Shown here: positions 25,805-38,239 of the stretch, piece by piece | Layout: the number at the start of each line of letters is the position of its first letter | Numbering within the stretch: the stretch's first letter is position 1 | From: Octopus sinensis | Taxonomy: Eukaryota | NCBI RefSeq assembly: GCF_006345805.1 | Contig: NC_042998.1 | Coordinates: 94,674,001-94,738,000 of the forward strand | Reading direction: 5' to 3' | DNA length: 64,000 nt | The notes under the pieces: generated by a model | What the model saw: the letters and a program-made list of their open reading frames with translations, nothing else | What the model was told of the DNA's origin: nothing | Databases searched by the model: none | Made by a program: the position numbers and the translations under genes

Positions 25805-26395
25805 ATCATCATCGTTTAATGTCCGCTTTCCATGTAGGCATGGGTTGGATGAGTTGACCGAGGGCTGGCAAACCAGATGGCTGCATCAGGCTCCAATCTT
25901 GATCTGGCAGAGTTTCTACAGCTGGATGCCCTTCCTAATGCCAACCACTCTGAGAGTGTAGTGAGTGCTTTTATGTGCTACCGGCACGGGGGCCAGTCAG
26001 GCAGTACTGGCAACGACCTCGCTCGCATCTTTTTACACATGCCACTGGCACAAGTGTCAGTAAGGTGATGCTGGTAACGATCATGCTCGAATGGTGCCTT
26101 TTACGTGCCACCAGCATGGAAGCCAGCTAGCCGCTCTGGCAACGATCACACTCGGAAGGTGATCTTAGCACCCTACTAGCACGGGACTCAAGTGCCAGTA
26201 AGGCAATGCTGGTAACGATCACACTCGAATGGTGTCTTTTATGTGCCACTCACATGGAAGCCAATTAGCCACTCTATCAACGATCACACTTGTATGGTGC
26301 TCTTTGCACCCCGCTAGCATGGATGTCAGTCATTGAATTTGATTTTGATTTCACTTGCCTCAACAGGTGTTCGCAAGCAGCATTTAGTGTCCAAA
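25805..26395 (-). mobile_element. RTE 3' UTR copy
   Basis: Family tail plus hairpin repeats and the cttgcctcaacagg module. Confidence 0.8.
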
Positions 26396-26494
26396 AACAT
26401 GTTATCATAAAATACATACAAGAAGAATGTTTATAATTATGAACAAGTCACAATTATAATTTGTAGATAGAGGTTGACACATTTCTCTTGCCAG

Positions 26495-26517
26495 TTGGGA
26501 TACATGTTGGCCCCAAG
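26495..26517 (+). CDS. Candidate 23-nt micro-exon of an unidentified host gene
   Basis: Acceptor atttctcttgccag| and donor aag|gtaagg; all three frames are open. Confidence 0.25.
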
Positions 26518-27765
26518 GTAAGGTCTTGTTTTGATTTCTATTTACAGAAATATTCCCCTAGCGAGATGAATGGATCCCTTAATAGGTCCCTAACGTCAAA
26601 ATTGCAATAGGGTATTAACCAGTTATTTTTAAGTTGTAGATTCTATTTTTCATGTTGCCCGTAGAAAGCTTTTATCATGAAGAGAAATAATATGAGTGAT
26701 TTAAATGGCTTTATAGCAGTTTTGACAGCTATTTCCACACATGTAAGGGTTTAAAACCTTCTTAGTTATAATTGTGACTTATTCATAGTCATAAACATTC
26801 TTCTTCTGCTGTAAAATACGAATCCCAGAAGATGCCCACATTCAGATAAGATGTTTTAACTTTCCAACCCCGTTATCTACCCTTCTATTTCTACGTGTAT
26901 CATAAACCCCTTATTCTTTCTATTCTGTCTTATTCTGTCTATTTCAGCACCATGCCATCATGTAAATATAGTTCTATAGTTTCATCTTACTTGTTGTTGT
27001 CCAAGATAACCTTAGCTCACGCATTTCCTTAATCTGCAACATATTCATTCATTCATCTATGAAAGTTTATCACACAGTCATTCGTTTCTAATTTTGTCTT
27101 AGACTGGCTCTCAGATTCTTCAATTCTATTTACTATTATCAACATTTGCTGTCTTGCTAAATTAACTATGCCACTCAAATCCCAAATTATATATTTCTCC
27201 CTAATGTCCTGTCCCCCCTCTATCTGTCTCACTATGTCTCTCTTAATACCTCCAACGAAAGAATATGTACCCTGGAGATGTGCTTGTCCATATTTGCTAG
27301 TTGCTTGTCAGTTGTTTGACCTTAACCAGTTGACCATGTCCCTTAGTGGCTGACGATATGTGCATCTCTGATCACGAACCGAAGTAGTGGGGTTGGGCAT
27401 CATAGCCATGTGTTGAAAGGAATTCTTTGAGGTTTGGATAATTCACCTTTGGAAACATTGGGTGGTTCATTCAACATCCTTAATCCTTATTCAGGGACCT
27501 TTTGAGAATAATGGGCAACTCTACCAGAAGAAAATTCTAACTGGGCTCCACCTGCAAGGTCATGCGCTGTTTATCTTGATATGAGATCACCATGTTGCGC
27601 ACATAGGGTTGTGATGCATGTGCCTGGTGTACCCTTATCAGACAGGTAGTCATGATGGGTATACTGGGGTTCGTATATTTTACCCCAGTGTCACTTTGAT
27701 GGTATGCACTGCTCTCTCACTCAATGATGATCATAATAATAATAATAATATAATAATAATAATAA

Positions 27766-28800
27766 AAACCTTGGAATTACATAGAGATTATTTTGCGTAA
27801 GATATGAGCAGTTCCCATGAGCACTATCTTTTGAATTTCTACCATTTTGGAGTTTCCTGGTATCTGAGTTAGGTAGCAATCAGCCCCTTTCGCTATCATT
27901 CCCAGGGCACCTATGACAACAGGTATTGTTTTAGTCTTCAGGTTCCACATTTTGCTGATTTCTATTTCAAGATCTTTATATTTGCTCAGTTTTTGGTAGG
28001 TCTTGACAGATACGTTTATATTGATTGGGACAGTCATATCAATGAGGAGGCATGTTCTTTGTCTGAAGTCTTTCAATATGATGTCTGGCCTATTTGCATC
28101 TATCTTTCTGTCAGTTTGGATGGTGAAGTTCCAGAGGAGAGAGATGTGGTCATTTTCAAGCACTGGAGGTGGATTGTGTTCCCACCAGTTTTTTTCATGG
28201 AGCAAATCCAGGTTTTTGCAAATTACCCAGTGAATATATTGTGCAGCTCTATCATGCCTGTTGAGGTACTCTGTAGGCGCTAGAAGACTGCATTTGGAGA
28301 CAACATGATCAATGGTTTCATTTTGTTGTCGGCATACACGACATGTTGGGCTACTGCCGTTCTTTAATATGTTGGCCTGGTAGTTTCTTGTTGGTAGGCA
28401 TTGATCTTGAGCTGCTATGATAAACCCTTCTGTTTCAGATTTTAAGCCAGAGGCCATTAGCCATTGATGGGTCAGGGCTTTGTCAATATCTGCATTATTT
28501 GCTCTCTTTGGAGAGGATTTTCTTGCCATTTATTATTCAGAATATCTAAGGCCGCAGTTTTGGCACGGGTTTTCATATCCTACGCAAAATACTCTCTATG
28601 TAATCCCAAGGTTTAAAACAAACTTTTTTTTTTTTAAATTTATGTATTAGACATTCACTAGTGCAACACCAAAAAAAAAACCCCAAATATATGGCACACT
28701 AGGCATAACAACAACATGAACTTCCAACCTGTTGTCTCTTGAGGTCTCTGGGTGAGACTTGGAGCCAACTTGTACAGACATAAAACAAAAATCAAACATA

Positions 28801-28836
<36 letters not shown>

Positions 28837-28850
28837 TAATAATAACAACA
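27766..28850. mobile_element. R4/Dong-type non-LTR retroelement (restriction-like endonuclease), 5'-inverted, in (AAT)n
   Basis: Minus ORF 27777-28529 has KSETEGFIIAAQDQ, a CRVC..ETIDHVVSKC zinc knuckle and RPD..D..K.SKYKDL (PD-(D/E)xK). The ORF end and 3' UTR lie on + at 28573-28800, followed by (AAT)n. Confidence 0.88.
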
Positions 28851-28897
28851 ACATTGAAAAATACCTTAGGAATGAGAACCCAGTTTCGAAATTTCCC

Positions 28898-28948
28898 CAA
28901 GACACCTAATGAGGGCTGGAGGGTATATCAGCTGAAACGTTGTTTTAA
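28898..28948 (+). ncRNA. Degenerate minimal hammerhead ribozyme motif (Penelope-like terminus)
   Basis: ctaatga (G5 mutated), stem II ggctg/cagct, gaaa, palindromic acgt stem III, GUU triplet. Confidence 0.35.
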
Positions 28949-29797
28949 CAACAAACAAAATGAGGACAAATATCCGTCAAATGTAAATAATGTAAATAAT
29001 GTGCATAATTCCTCCTCTCTTAAATATAGAACTGTCTATATGTATATATATATATATATAGGCATTATTTCTATCTATCTATCTATATATTTTATATTTT
29101 ATATATATATATCATGATCATCATCCTTTAATCTCCATTTTCCTTGCTGGCATGGGTTAGATGGTTTTACCGAAGCTTTCAAACTGGAGAGCTACATCAA
29201 CTTCTAGTAGTCTGATTTGGCCTGGTTTCTGAGGCATGATGCCTTTTCTAATGCCAACAACATTATAGTGTGTGCTAGATGCTTTTCTCATGGCATCAGA
29301 CAAGTGCTTTTGCATGGCACCATGACTAGCTTATTAAATAAATCTCTATTCAAGATAAAAGCAGTATTTATTCTTAGAAGTACTGTTTATCGCCACCTAA
29401 ACATGGGTGTTCTGTAAGAACAGATGATACTGCTGCCTTAGCCCCAGGAGGACGCCTCCTCCAGCTGGTTATTCAGTGGACTTCACACTGATTAGTTATT
29501 TTCTTAATGGCTTAGTTTGCTAGTTACAACTTAACTGTTTTGCTATATATTGCAAGCTGAGGTAAACTACTGTTATGTCTAGCACACAAATATCTATCAT
29601 GGAGGGTGACCAGAGCGAGGTTGAAATAACATGACCTGGTGGTCTTTGAGTTCTCTCCCCACAATATATATTAAATATGAAGCACCCTGAATAACCAGCT
29701 GGAGGAAACATCTTCCTGGGGTTAAGATAACAGTATCATCTGTTCTTATAGAACACCAACATTTAGGTGCTGAAAAACATTACTTCTTATGTGTATA

Positions 29798-29849
<52 letters not shown>

Positions 29850-30061
29850 ATATATATATATATATACATACAAGCAAAACGCCTCCCACCACACCGCTGT
29901 CCAATGGATGGTGCTGAGTTGTCAAACATTTAAACCAAATTTTCTCAAAACAACTTGTCTGACCGTCCCATAGGCCTCCCCTTTGAGAAACACTGATTTA
30001 ACCTAAATTTGAGACACCAGCAAAAGGAGAAATAAAGATGGACTTTTTTTCTATTCCAAAG

Positions 30062-30158
30062 AAAAACGATTTTATTCACACAAATATGCAACTGAAGAGT
30101 TAGAAGTACCAGTAATGATAAGACTGTTGACTGGGAGAACACAAACATGGTTTAAACA
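30062..30158 (+). CDS. Candidate 97-nt coding exon (phase 1 to 2): KRFYSHKYATEELEVPVMIRLLTGRTQTWFK
   Basis: Acceptor ttttttctattccaaag|, donor aaca|gtaagc, open frame in unique sequence. Confidence 0.35.
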
Positions 30159-30899
30159 GTAAGCTTGGCAGGAAAGAAACATGCCTTTAAGCAGTACAAA
30201 AAACAACAAAAAATGGAAGGTGCAGTTATGTACCGGTTGATGGAAGAAAAGCAGGACAAAAATGGCTTTATCAATCACATTCTCACCTGGAATCGATTTT
30301 TGTAATTTTTTCAAGACTTATACACGCCCTGATACCATCTGTATCTACATATAAAATGTGAGCGCAATTGGATGGAGGGTGCCTGAGATCCAAGAAGACA
30401 CACACACACACAGACAGGCAGACAGACAGAACAGATTTCATATAAGAGATATACTATTATTATCATCAATAATAAAGAGTATGGAGACTTGCACATCCAC
30501 AAAATTTACTTTATAGTTATATGCAGCATATTATAATGGTGTACATGTGTTTCTGCTGCAGTGACTACTCACTGTTGCAAATTATAGTCACAGCCATTAA
30601 ATACTGATCGTAATGGTTAGCCATTAACTGGAACTGAGAGGAGCTAATACAGTATCCGCATGGATAGTATATCCCTCCAAACTCACTTTTACTTATATTA
30701 CTAATATTTAGCAGAACCAATAGAGTGGCTCAAGGGCCGAGAGTTTCATGTGTTAACACTAAAATTAAGCTGATCAGTTCTTCTTTAATGAACTGAATAC
30801 AAAAATATCTAGGATAACTATTTTATCATTTTCTTGCGTTTTATAGAAGTACTTGTGTTTCAAATCTTGGGTTTGAAATAAAAGTTCTTCTGTTAAATT

Positions 30900-30937
<38 letters not shown>

Positions 30938-30994
30938 ACACACACACACAAATAAATAAATGGAGTTAAACGCAGGTGCTGTTAAAATTATTTT

Positions 30995-31084
30995 ACTTTC
31001 GATATATGTTTCGAAGATATCACTGGTATTATTCCAAAGGAATAAAATGGTGTAAAACAATGTAATCTTCTCTTCAGGGAAATG
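30995..31084 (-). ncRNA. Type I hammerhead ribozyme-like motif (Penelope-associated)
   Basis: Minus strand catttcc-CTGAAGA-gaagat...atcttc-GAAA-catat-atc-gaaagt: intact core boxes, 6-bp stem II, stem I and stem III with one mismatch each. Confidence 0.55.
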
Positions 31085-31182
31085 AAGAAATGAAACGTTA
31101 TAGGATATTTTTTGCTACTCTGGTAACTATTTATCTATTTTTTGCATGTTAATTGTTAACAAGGGAAAAATACACACATCTA

Positions 31183-31222
<40 letters not shown>

Positions 31223-31278
31223 TATAATATATATATATGAATATAAATATATATATGAATATAAATATATATATATGA

Positions 31279-31310
<32 letters not shown>

Positions 31311-31846
31311 GCATGAATTGATGCCAGTGCTGCCTGACTGGCTCCCCGTGCCAGTGGCACAAAAAAGCATCCTCTGAACATGGTCAATGCCAGCCCCCCA
31401 CCTCCTTCCTGCTCCAACTGGCTCCTGTGCCAGTGGCACATAAAAAGCATCCACTACACTCGGACTGGTTGGTGTTAGGAAGGGCACCCAGCTGTAGAAA
31501 CCTTGCCAGATCAGATTGGAGCCTGGTGCAGCCCCCTGGCATGCCAGTCCCTAGTCAAACCGTCCAACCCATGCTAGCATGGAAAACAGATGTTATACGA
31601 CAAACGATGATGATATAAACTGTTGTATGTCCAAATTTGGCCAAATGTGTTTTTTTCAATATTTATTTTTGCTTGCAATAACCAGTCCTTTTGGTCAAAC
31701 TATTGTATCTCCAACTGCTTCAGATGCCAAGATATCAAAAATTGTTGAAGTGTAGTACAACATTTTGGCTATGGAATTGTGAAACGATTTTTCCATTTTC
31801 TGAAAAAGCAACGTTTTTGACTTATGACATGTTTGCATAATAGTAA

Positions 31847-31950
<104 letters not shown>

Positions 31951-33191
31951 ATATTATATTTATATATATATATATGTCTGTTGTAGCTAGCCTTGCCAGT
32001 TCTTGTTAAGGCGTCCAACCCATGCCAGCATGGAAAACAGACATTAAATAATGACGATGATGATGATGGTGATGATGAAGTATATAAGGCTGGGGAAAAT
32101 TGCCTTAAAACAAATGTTTTAGAACTATTCTTCCTGCAAGCATAGGGTTGAGCTTGCTGGCCTCAAGACTTTCTTCCTCATTTTTCCCTATTCTCTGCAT
32201 CCCTCTCACCAATCCTGTTGCCCTAATTTCCTCCTCCATCATCATTTCCATATTCATTTATATACATTTGCACACACACACACACACACACGCGTATGCA
32301 ACCACAAGCATACACATGCACACAAATGCACACACTCTGACACAAGCACAAACACTCATGCATATATGTATGTGTATATGTATATATATATACACACACA
32401 CACTTATACATATATACATTCATATGTAATGTATATATATATGTATGTATGTGTGTGTGTGTGTGTGTTTGCATATGTATGTACACATGTATGTACACAT
32501 GTATATATAGCATATGCGTATGTATCCATGCATATACACAAAGATATATGTGCATGCACGTGTGTGTATGTGTGTGTAAATGGCTGTTTACCTTTTTATT
32601 ACAGTTCCTCAATTACCTGCCAGTCAGTTGGTTTCTGTTTCTCATTGTTTCCACTCTCCCCACTTCTCTCTTTCTGTAAGTGTTTTTCTTAACATATCCT
32701 TTGGCATATTTCATGCCAGTAACTGACAATAGATAAGTAAACAAACAGACAAAGAAGAGCTTCTCCTAAATAATGATATATTTTCTTAATTTAGTCATTA
32801 TACCTACATCACTTTGGTGATCAAAGTATTAACACGTGAAGCCTAACGAAAGTGAATCCAAATGAAGATATTGTTAACTAACCTAACATTTGTTAAGGCA
32901 ATAGAGTATGATATACTATAGAAGACTGGGAGAATGATATGATAGTAAAGAAAAATATGTCCATTCAATGTAGTGACAAATCTGTCTCACTGTAACTGTT
33001 ATTACTCTAACTCTAATTGCTTCTATGCTAAATAAATCACAATTTTCTGAATAGTCTTTTGGTTTTCTTTTAATAGTTAAGAGTGAAAATAGAAAGAAGC
33101 CAAAACTATTTTCAGAGCTAGTAGGGAAGGATGGAAATTGGCATTGGTCAGATATCCTGACTAAATGCTTGCAACTAAGAGTACTTATTAA

Positions 33192-33411
33192 CCCTTAAAC
33201 ATTCAGATTACTCTGACAAGTGTAATGCTTATGTGTTCACATCATTTAAAATTAATCATGCATTATTTCATAGCTTTGTGACTTTGGTGATGTGGCTTTT
33301 TATTTGTAAAATGACACTGTAGGGTAAGTGTGAAAGGCTAGATCTGACCAGTTTGAGCATAAAGCAGGTAGAATATTTGGGCCAGATACAGCTGGTTTAA
33401 ATGCTAAAGTG
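33192..33411. mobile_element. piggyBac-like MITE (TTAA)
   Basis: ttaa|cccttaaacatt...aatgctaaagtg|ttaa. An inverted copy lies at ~34922-35148. Confidence 0.6.
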
Positions 33412-33557
33412 TTAAAGATAACCAATAGCCCTCTGGTGATGATAGACTGGATAAACAGTTAAGTCTACCGCCCAAGAACAGGAATAACCCATTGTCTCAA
33501 TCAGCTGGATTACATCCCCAAGAATTTGGGTTGACCTAAATAAGGCTAACATACAAG

Positions 33558-33717
33558 ACAGGCATGAGTGTATGGTAAGTAGCTTGCTTACCAGCCACAT
33601 GGTTCTGGGTTCAGTCCCAATGTGTGACACCTTGGGCAAGTGTCTTCTCCTATAGCCTTGGGCCAACCAAAGCCTTGTGAGTGGATTTGGTAGATGGAAA
33701 CTGAAAGAAGTCCGTCG

Positions 33718-33749
<32 letters not shown>

Positions 33750-33996
33750 TGTATGTATGTATGTATGTATGTGTGTGTGTATATGTTTGTGAATCTGTAT
33801 TTGCCCCTCCCCACCATCACTTAACCAATGTTGGTGTGTTTACACACCCGTAATTTAGTGGTTCGGCCAAAAAGACTGACAGGATAAGTACTAGGCTTAC
33901 AAAGAATAAATCCTGGGGTTGATTTGTTCAACTAAAGGCAGTGGTCCAGCATGGCCGCAGTCAAATGGCTGAAACAGATAAAGAATAAACGAATAC
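33558..33996 (+). mobile_element. tRNA/CORE-like SINE, full length
   Basis: Same consensus as 12223-12624, with internal (TATG)n. Confidence 0.85.
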
Positions 33997-34562
33997 GAGA
34001 CACTTGCTTAAAGTGCTGCACAGTAGGACCTATTGATGTGTGACTTATCTCCCTTCTATTTACACATATCAACTACTTAAGATGGCAACAGAAAATGTAC
34101 TGCTGTTTTACAATGACTAAACACTACAAAGTGCAGACCAGAGAAAACTTTACACAGGATTAAGCCCAAAAACCACATAATTACAAACTGAATTATTAAT
34201 CAGGCAGCTACGTTTGTGACCATTTAAGTAGTTATAGTTTTTTTGTTTTTTTTTGTGTGTAATGACATAGCTACTTCAGAATTCTCTGAAACATTTATTA
34301 ATTGCAGAAAAAAAGCAGAAAAATGATTTTCATTGACAGAATATAACTATTGATATGGTTAACTGGCTATAAATTAAAAATAAAAAAATGTATGCAGAGT
34401 TTATTATTCTCAGGTACAATATTTGTATTTCTAGTATTAAACTCCAAGACATTTTGCACTTTTAGTTGACATGAGATGAGTGACATAGTTAATGTGTGCT
34501 CCAGGGCAGCCTTCGAATTCACACCTTCCCTTGGGAGTTCTCGAGCCTATACAATCTTATAA

Positions 34563-34794
34563 GGGCGGCGAGCTGGCAGACACATTAGCACGCTGGGTGA
34601 AATGCTTAGCGGTATTTCATCTGTCATTACGTTCTGAGTTCAAATTCCGCTGAGGTCGACTTTGCCTTTCATCCTTTTGGGGTCGATAAATAAAGTACCA
34701 GTTTCGCACTGGGGTCGAGGTAATCGACTTAATCCGTTTGTCTGTCCTTGTTTGTCTCCTCTATGTTTAGCCCCTTGTGGGCAATAAAGAAATA
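34563..34794 (+). mobile_element. tRNA-derived SINE (Meta/MESC-like)
   Basis: Same consensus as 6134-6366. Confidence 0.88.
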
Positions 34795-35951
34795 TATACA
34801 ATCTTATACAGCAAACCCTAAAGTGTTGCTCCCATAAAAGCACGGCCCAGCATAAAGCATCTCTTCTATCCCTTTCCTCCCCTTATCTCTTGCATATGAT
34901 ATTTTGTATTTAGGGCTTAATCCTTTGGCATTTTAGACTGGCCATATCAGGTACAAATGTATTAGTTGTTTTATGTTGACACTGACCAGATTCAGCCTCT
35001 CATATCTACCTTACACTGTCATTCAAAAATCAACAATCACATCCCTGAAATCTAGAAGCAACAAGATAATGCATGATTAATTCAAAATGATGTGAATAAA
35101 TAAGCATTCCATTGGACAGAGTAAACTACTTGTTGAAATGTTAAAGAGTAAATAGCATTAGGTTTGAGATCCTGTACCTCTGAGCTGACATCTTACCAAA
35201 GTTAGTGAAATAGATAATTACAACATATGTTATAAAAAGAATTAGCACCTACCCAAGAAGTCTGAAGTTAACGTCTAAATTTCCACATTTCCTTCAGTCA
35301 ATCTAAAATGATTTTATTCGGCTATAACAAGGTCTGAACAATAACAATAACAATAATAATACTCTTAAAGGAGAAATAAATAACAAGATTTTAAAGGTGA
35401 TTTAAATACCAGTTACTTCAAGATAACTATAGAAAACCTAATCAAACTTATATCAACAGCAGTACCAATAGAAGTACCAACTATTGTCTATCTAGATAGA
35501 CTGTGTCCAAAGATACAAAGTTATTGTTCAGATGATAATTGGTGTGTATTCTCCAATACCATCTATCTAGATAAATTGCTCTTATCTCTAGCAGCCTTCC
35601 CTTGTGTCCAATATTTTGCTGACTCACTATTTCCTGTTGAGTGTTTTCTCGCCAGCTAAGCAGCATTTTGTGTTGCAGACATGTTTTATGATTCATTGTA
35701 AAGACAGCATCTGTGTATTGTAACACTATGCAATTTTCTGTGTGAGTGTGTGTGTGTGTGCTACTTTACTGTCTTTGTGTGCTTGTATAAGTATTCCTAT
35801 GTATAACCTGTATATGTATGCACGTGTGTGTGTGTCTGACTATACAAATGGCGATCTAGATGATTGCTTCTATGTGCATACCATTATATATTATATATTT
35901 TATATCTATTATATATTACATTAAATCTCTCTCACTCTCTCCCTTACTCTC

Positions 35952-35953
<2 letters not shown>

Positions 35954-36025
<72 letters not shown>

Positions 36026-36194
36026 GTATGTCTGTCTATCTATCTTTCTGTCTGTCTATCTGTCTGACTGTATGCATGTATATAAGTATGTATGTGTGTG
36101 TGTGTGTGTGTGTATATATATAATATATAACATATATAAATATACATACATGCATACATATGCATTTATCTATGTCTATATATATATATATGTA

Positions 36195-36228
<34 letters not shown>

Positions 36229-36306
36229 TACATACATACATACATACATACATACATACATACATACATACATACATACATACATACATACATACATACA
36301 TACATA
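35954..36306 (+). repeat. Compound microsatellite (TATC)n/(TG)n/(CA)n/(TACA)n
   Basis: Directly visible. Confidence 0.95.
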
Positions 36307-36525
36307 CACATGAGAGTGGGCTGAAAAGTTCATAGGCTGACTATGAAGGAGTGATGCTAGAGCTATGAAATCTTGCATGCATTAATTTCAATTTTTCTTA
36401 TTAATAACTCTATTGTCTTTTTATGAAGTGGGTTGCAGGGGCAAACATGAAGACACACAAAAACATGCATGCACACGCACGCGCGCGCACACACACGCGC
36501 ACGCACACACACGCACGCGTGCACA

Positions 36526-36557
<32 letters not shown>

Positions 36558-36823
36558 CACACACACACACACACACACACATGATAAGCTTCCGCAGAGT
36601 TTTTACCTACCAAATTGACTCACAAGGCATTCATTGGCCCAGGATTCTTTTAAAAGATGCTTACCCAAGGTACCATTCAGTAGGATTGAAACTGAAACCA
36701 CGTGATTGTAAAGTAAGCTTCCTAACCACACAGCCACCTATTGTTTGCTCCCAAATAACACATTACTGATGAATGTGCTAACATCATTTCTTATTCTTTC
36801 ATTTTTTTTAACATTATCTAAGT

Positions 36824-37549
36824 CAGTGCTACTCAAAGTGGTGGTCCACAGACTGGTGCCAGTCCATGAGCCATCAGCTGCCGGTATGCAGTGAGTTTCC
36901 AGAAAAGAAAGAAACATTATAAAATGCTTATGTAATATTATATTCTTCTCTACTCTAGGCACAATGCCCCAAATTTTTGGTAAGGGGCGAGTTGATTAGA
37001 TTGACCCCAGTACATAACTGGTACTTAATTTATCAACCCCGAAAGGATGAAAGGCAAAGTCAACCTCGTCGGAATTTGAACTCAGAACGTAAAGACAGAC
37101 AAAATATGGCTAACCATTTCGCCTGGCGTGCTAAAATTTCTGGCAGCTCACTGCCTTTAATATTCATTTCTTTATTGCTCACAGGGGGCTAAAAACAAAG
37201 GGAACAAACAAGGACAGACAAAGGAATTAAGTTGATTACATCGACCCCAGTGTATAACTGGTACTTATTTAATCGACCCCAAAAAGATGAAAGGTAAAGT
37301 TGATTTCAGCGGAATTTGATGTCAGAACATAACAGCAGACGAGATACTGCTAGGCAGTTCACCCAGTGTGCTAACATTTCTGCCAGCTTGCCACTATTAT
37401 AATAAAAAAAAACATCAACTATTATAATATTCATTATATATATTGTTTCCACTATAAATTGATATTACTAAGAAATATTACTGGTCCCTGGCACATTGGC
37501 AAAAAAACAAACTTTTGGTACACCACATCTTTTAGTTTGAGAAGCACTG
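36824..37549. mobile_element. hAT-Charlie-like MITE carrying two nested SINE fragments
   Basis: TIRs cagtgctactcaaa / tttgagaagcactg; 8-bp TSD atctaagt / gtctaagt (7/8); minus-strand Meta-like SINEs at ~36940-37395. Confidence 0.75.
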
Positions 37550-38239
37550 GTCTAAGTCACCCTAAATTTCATAGTACTATCCCTTTAATATCTTCATTGA
37601 CCCCCAAATAGCTTTAATCATATTTTATTGATGAGATGTTCATTTGGTGTGTTGTTTTACTCATTGAGCATAAGATAACCTAATTTTCTATAATCTAAAC
37701 ATGTAGTTTATGTCAGGGGAAAGTTTAATTGCTGCCCCGAGAATTTAACTATACAACCACCAGACTATACAAAAACTGTGTCCTATTAGAAGTAACTCAG
37801 AGTTGCCAGTGACGTGTATTTGAATGACATGCACAAATACAATTATATCAAATGCCATACTTTGTAAATTCTTGATTTATTGAAATTATTGTTGCTTCTA
37901 GAGGATGCATCATAATTAGAAAAACAGCAATTAAGACCAGCTCCACATGAGAAGGAGAGATAATCTCAAGACTTAAGAATTTTCCAACGTTGACATGACA
38001 TTGAGGTTAAGAACAGGTTTATTGTCTGGAGATAAGAGGACAGTTGTAGACATGTTCCTGGCTCAATAGCTATCACCAACACAATTGTCCAATGTAGCCA
38101 AGGGACTTAGTCTTATACAAAATGTGTTGAACACACTTGTGGCCTAGGTAATTTGCATAATTTAAACAAAAATGAGCTAAGAAAAATAACTCAGACTGGC
38201 CAGTGACTTGTTTTTGAACAATATATACAAATACAATTA

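Noticed and set aside
35380-35655. About 90 open codons on + (and 81 on -) in unique sequence
   Set aside because: No start codon or convincing splice sites, no recognisable motif, and the length is attainable by chance.
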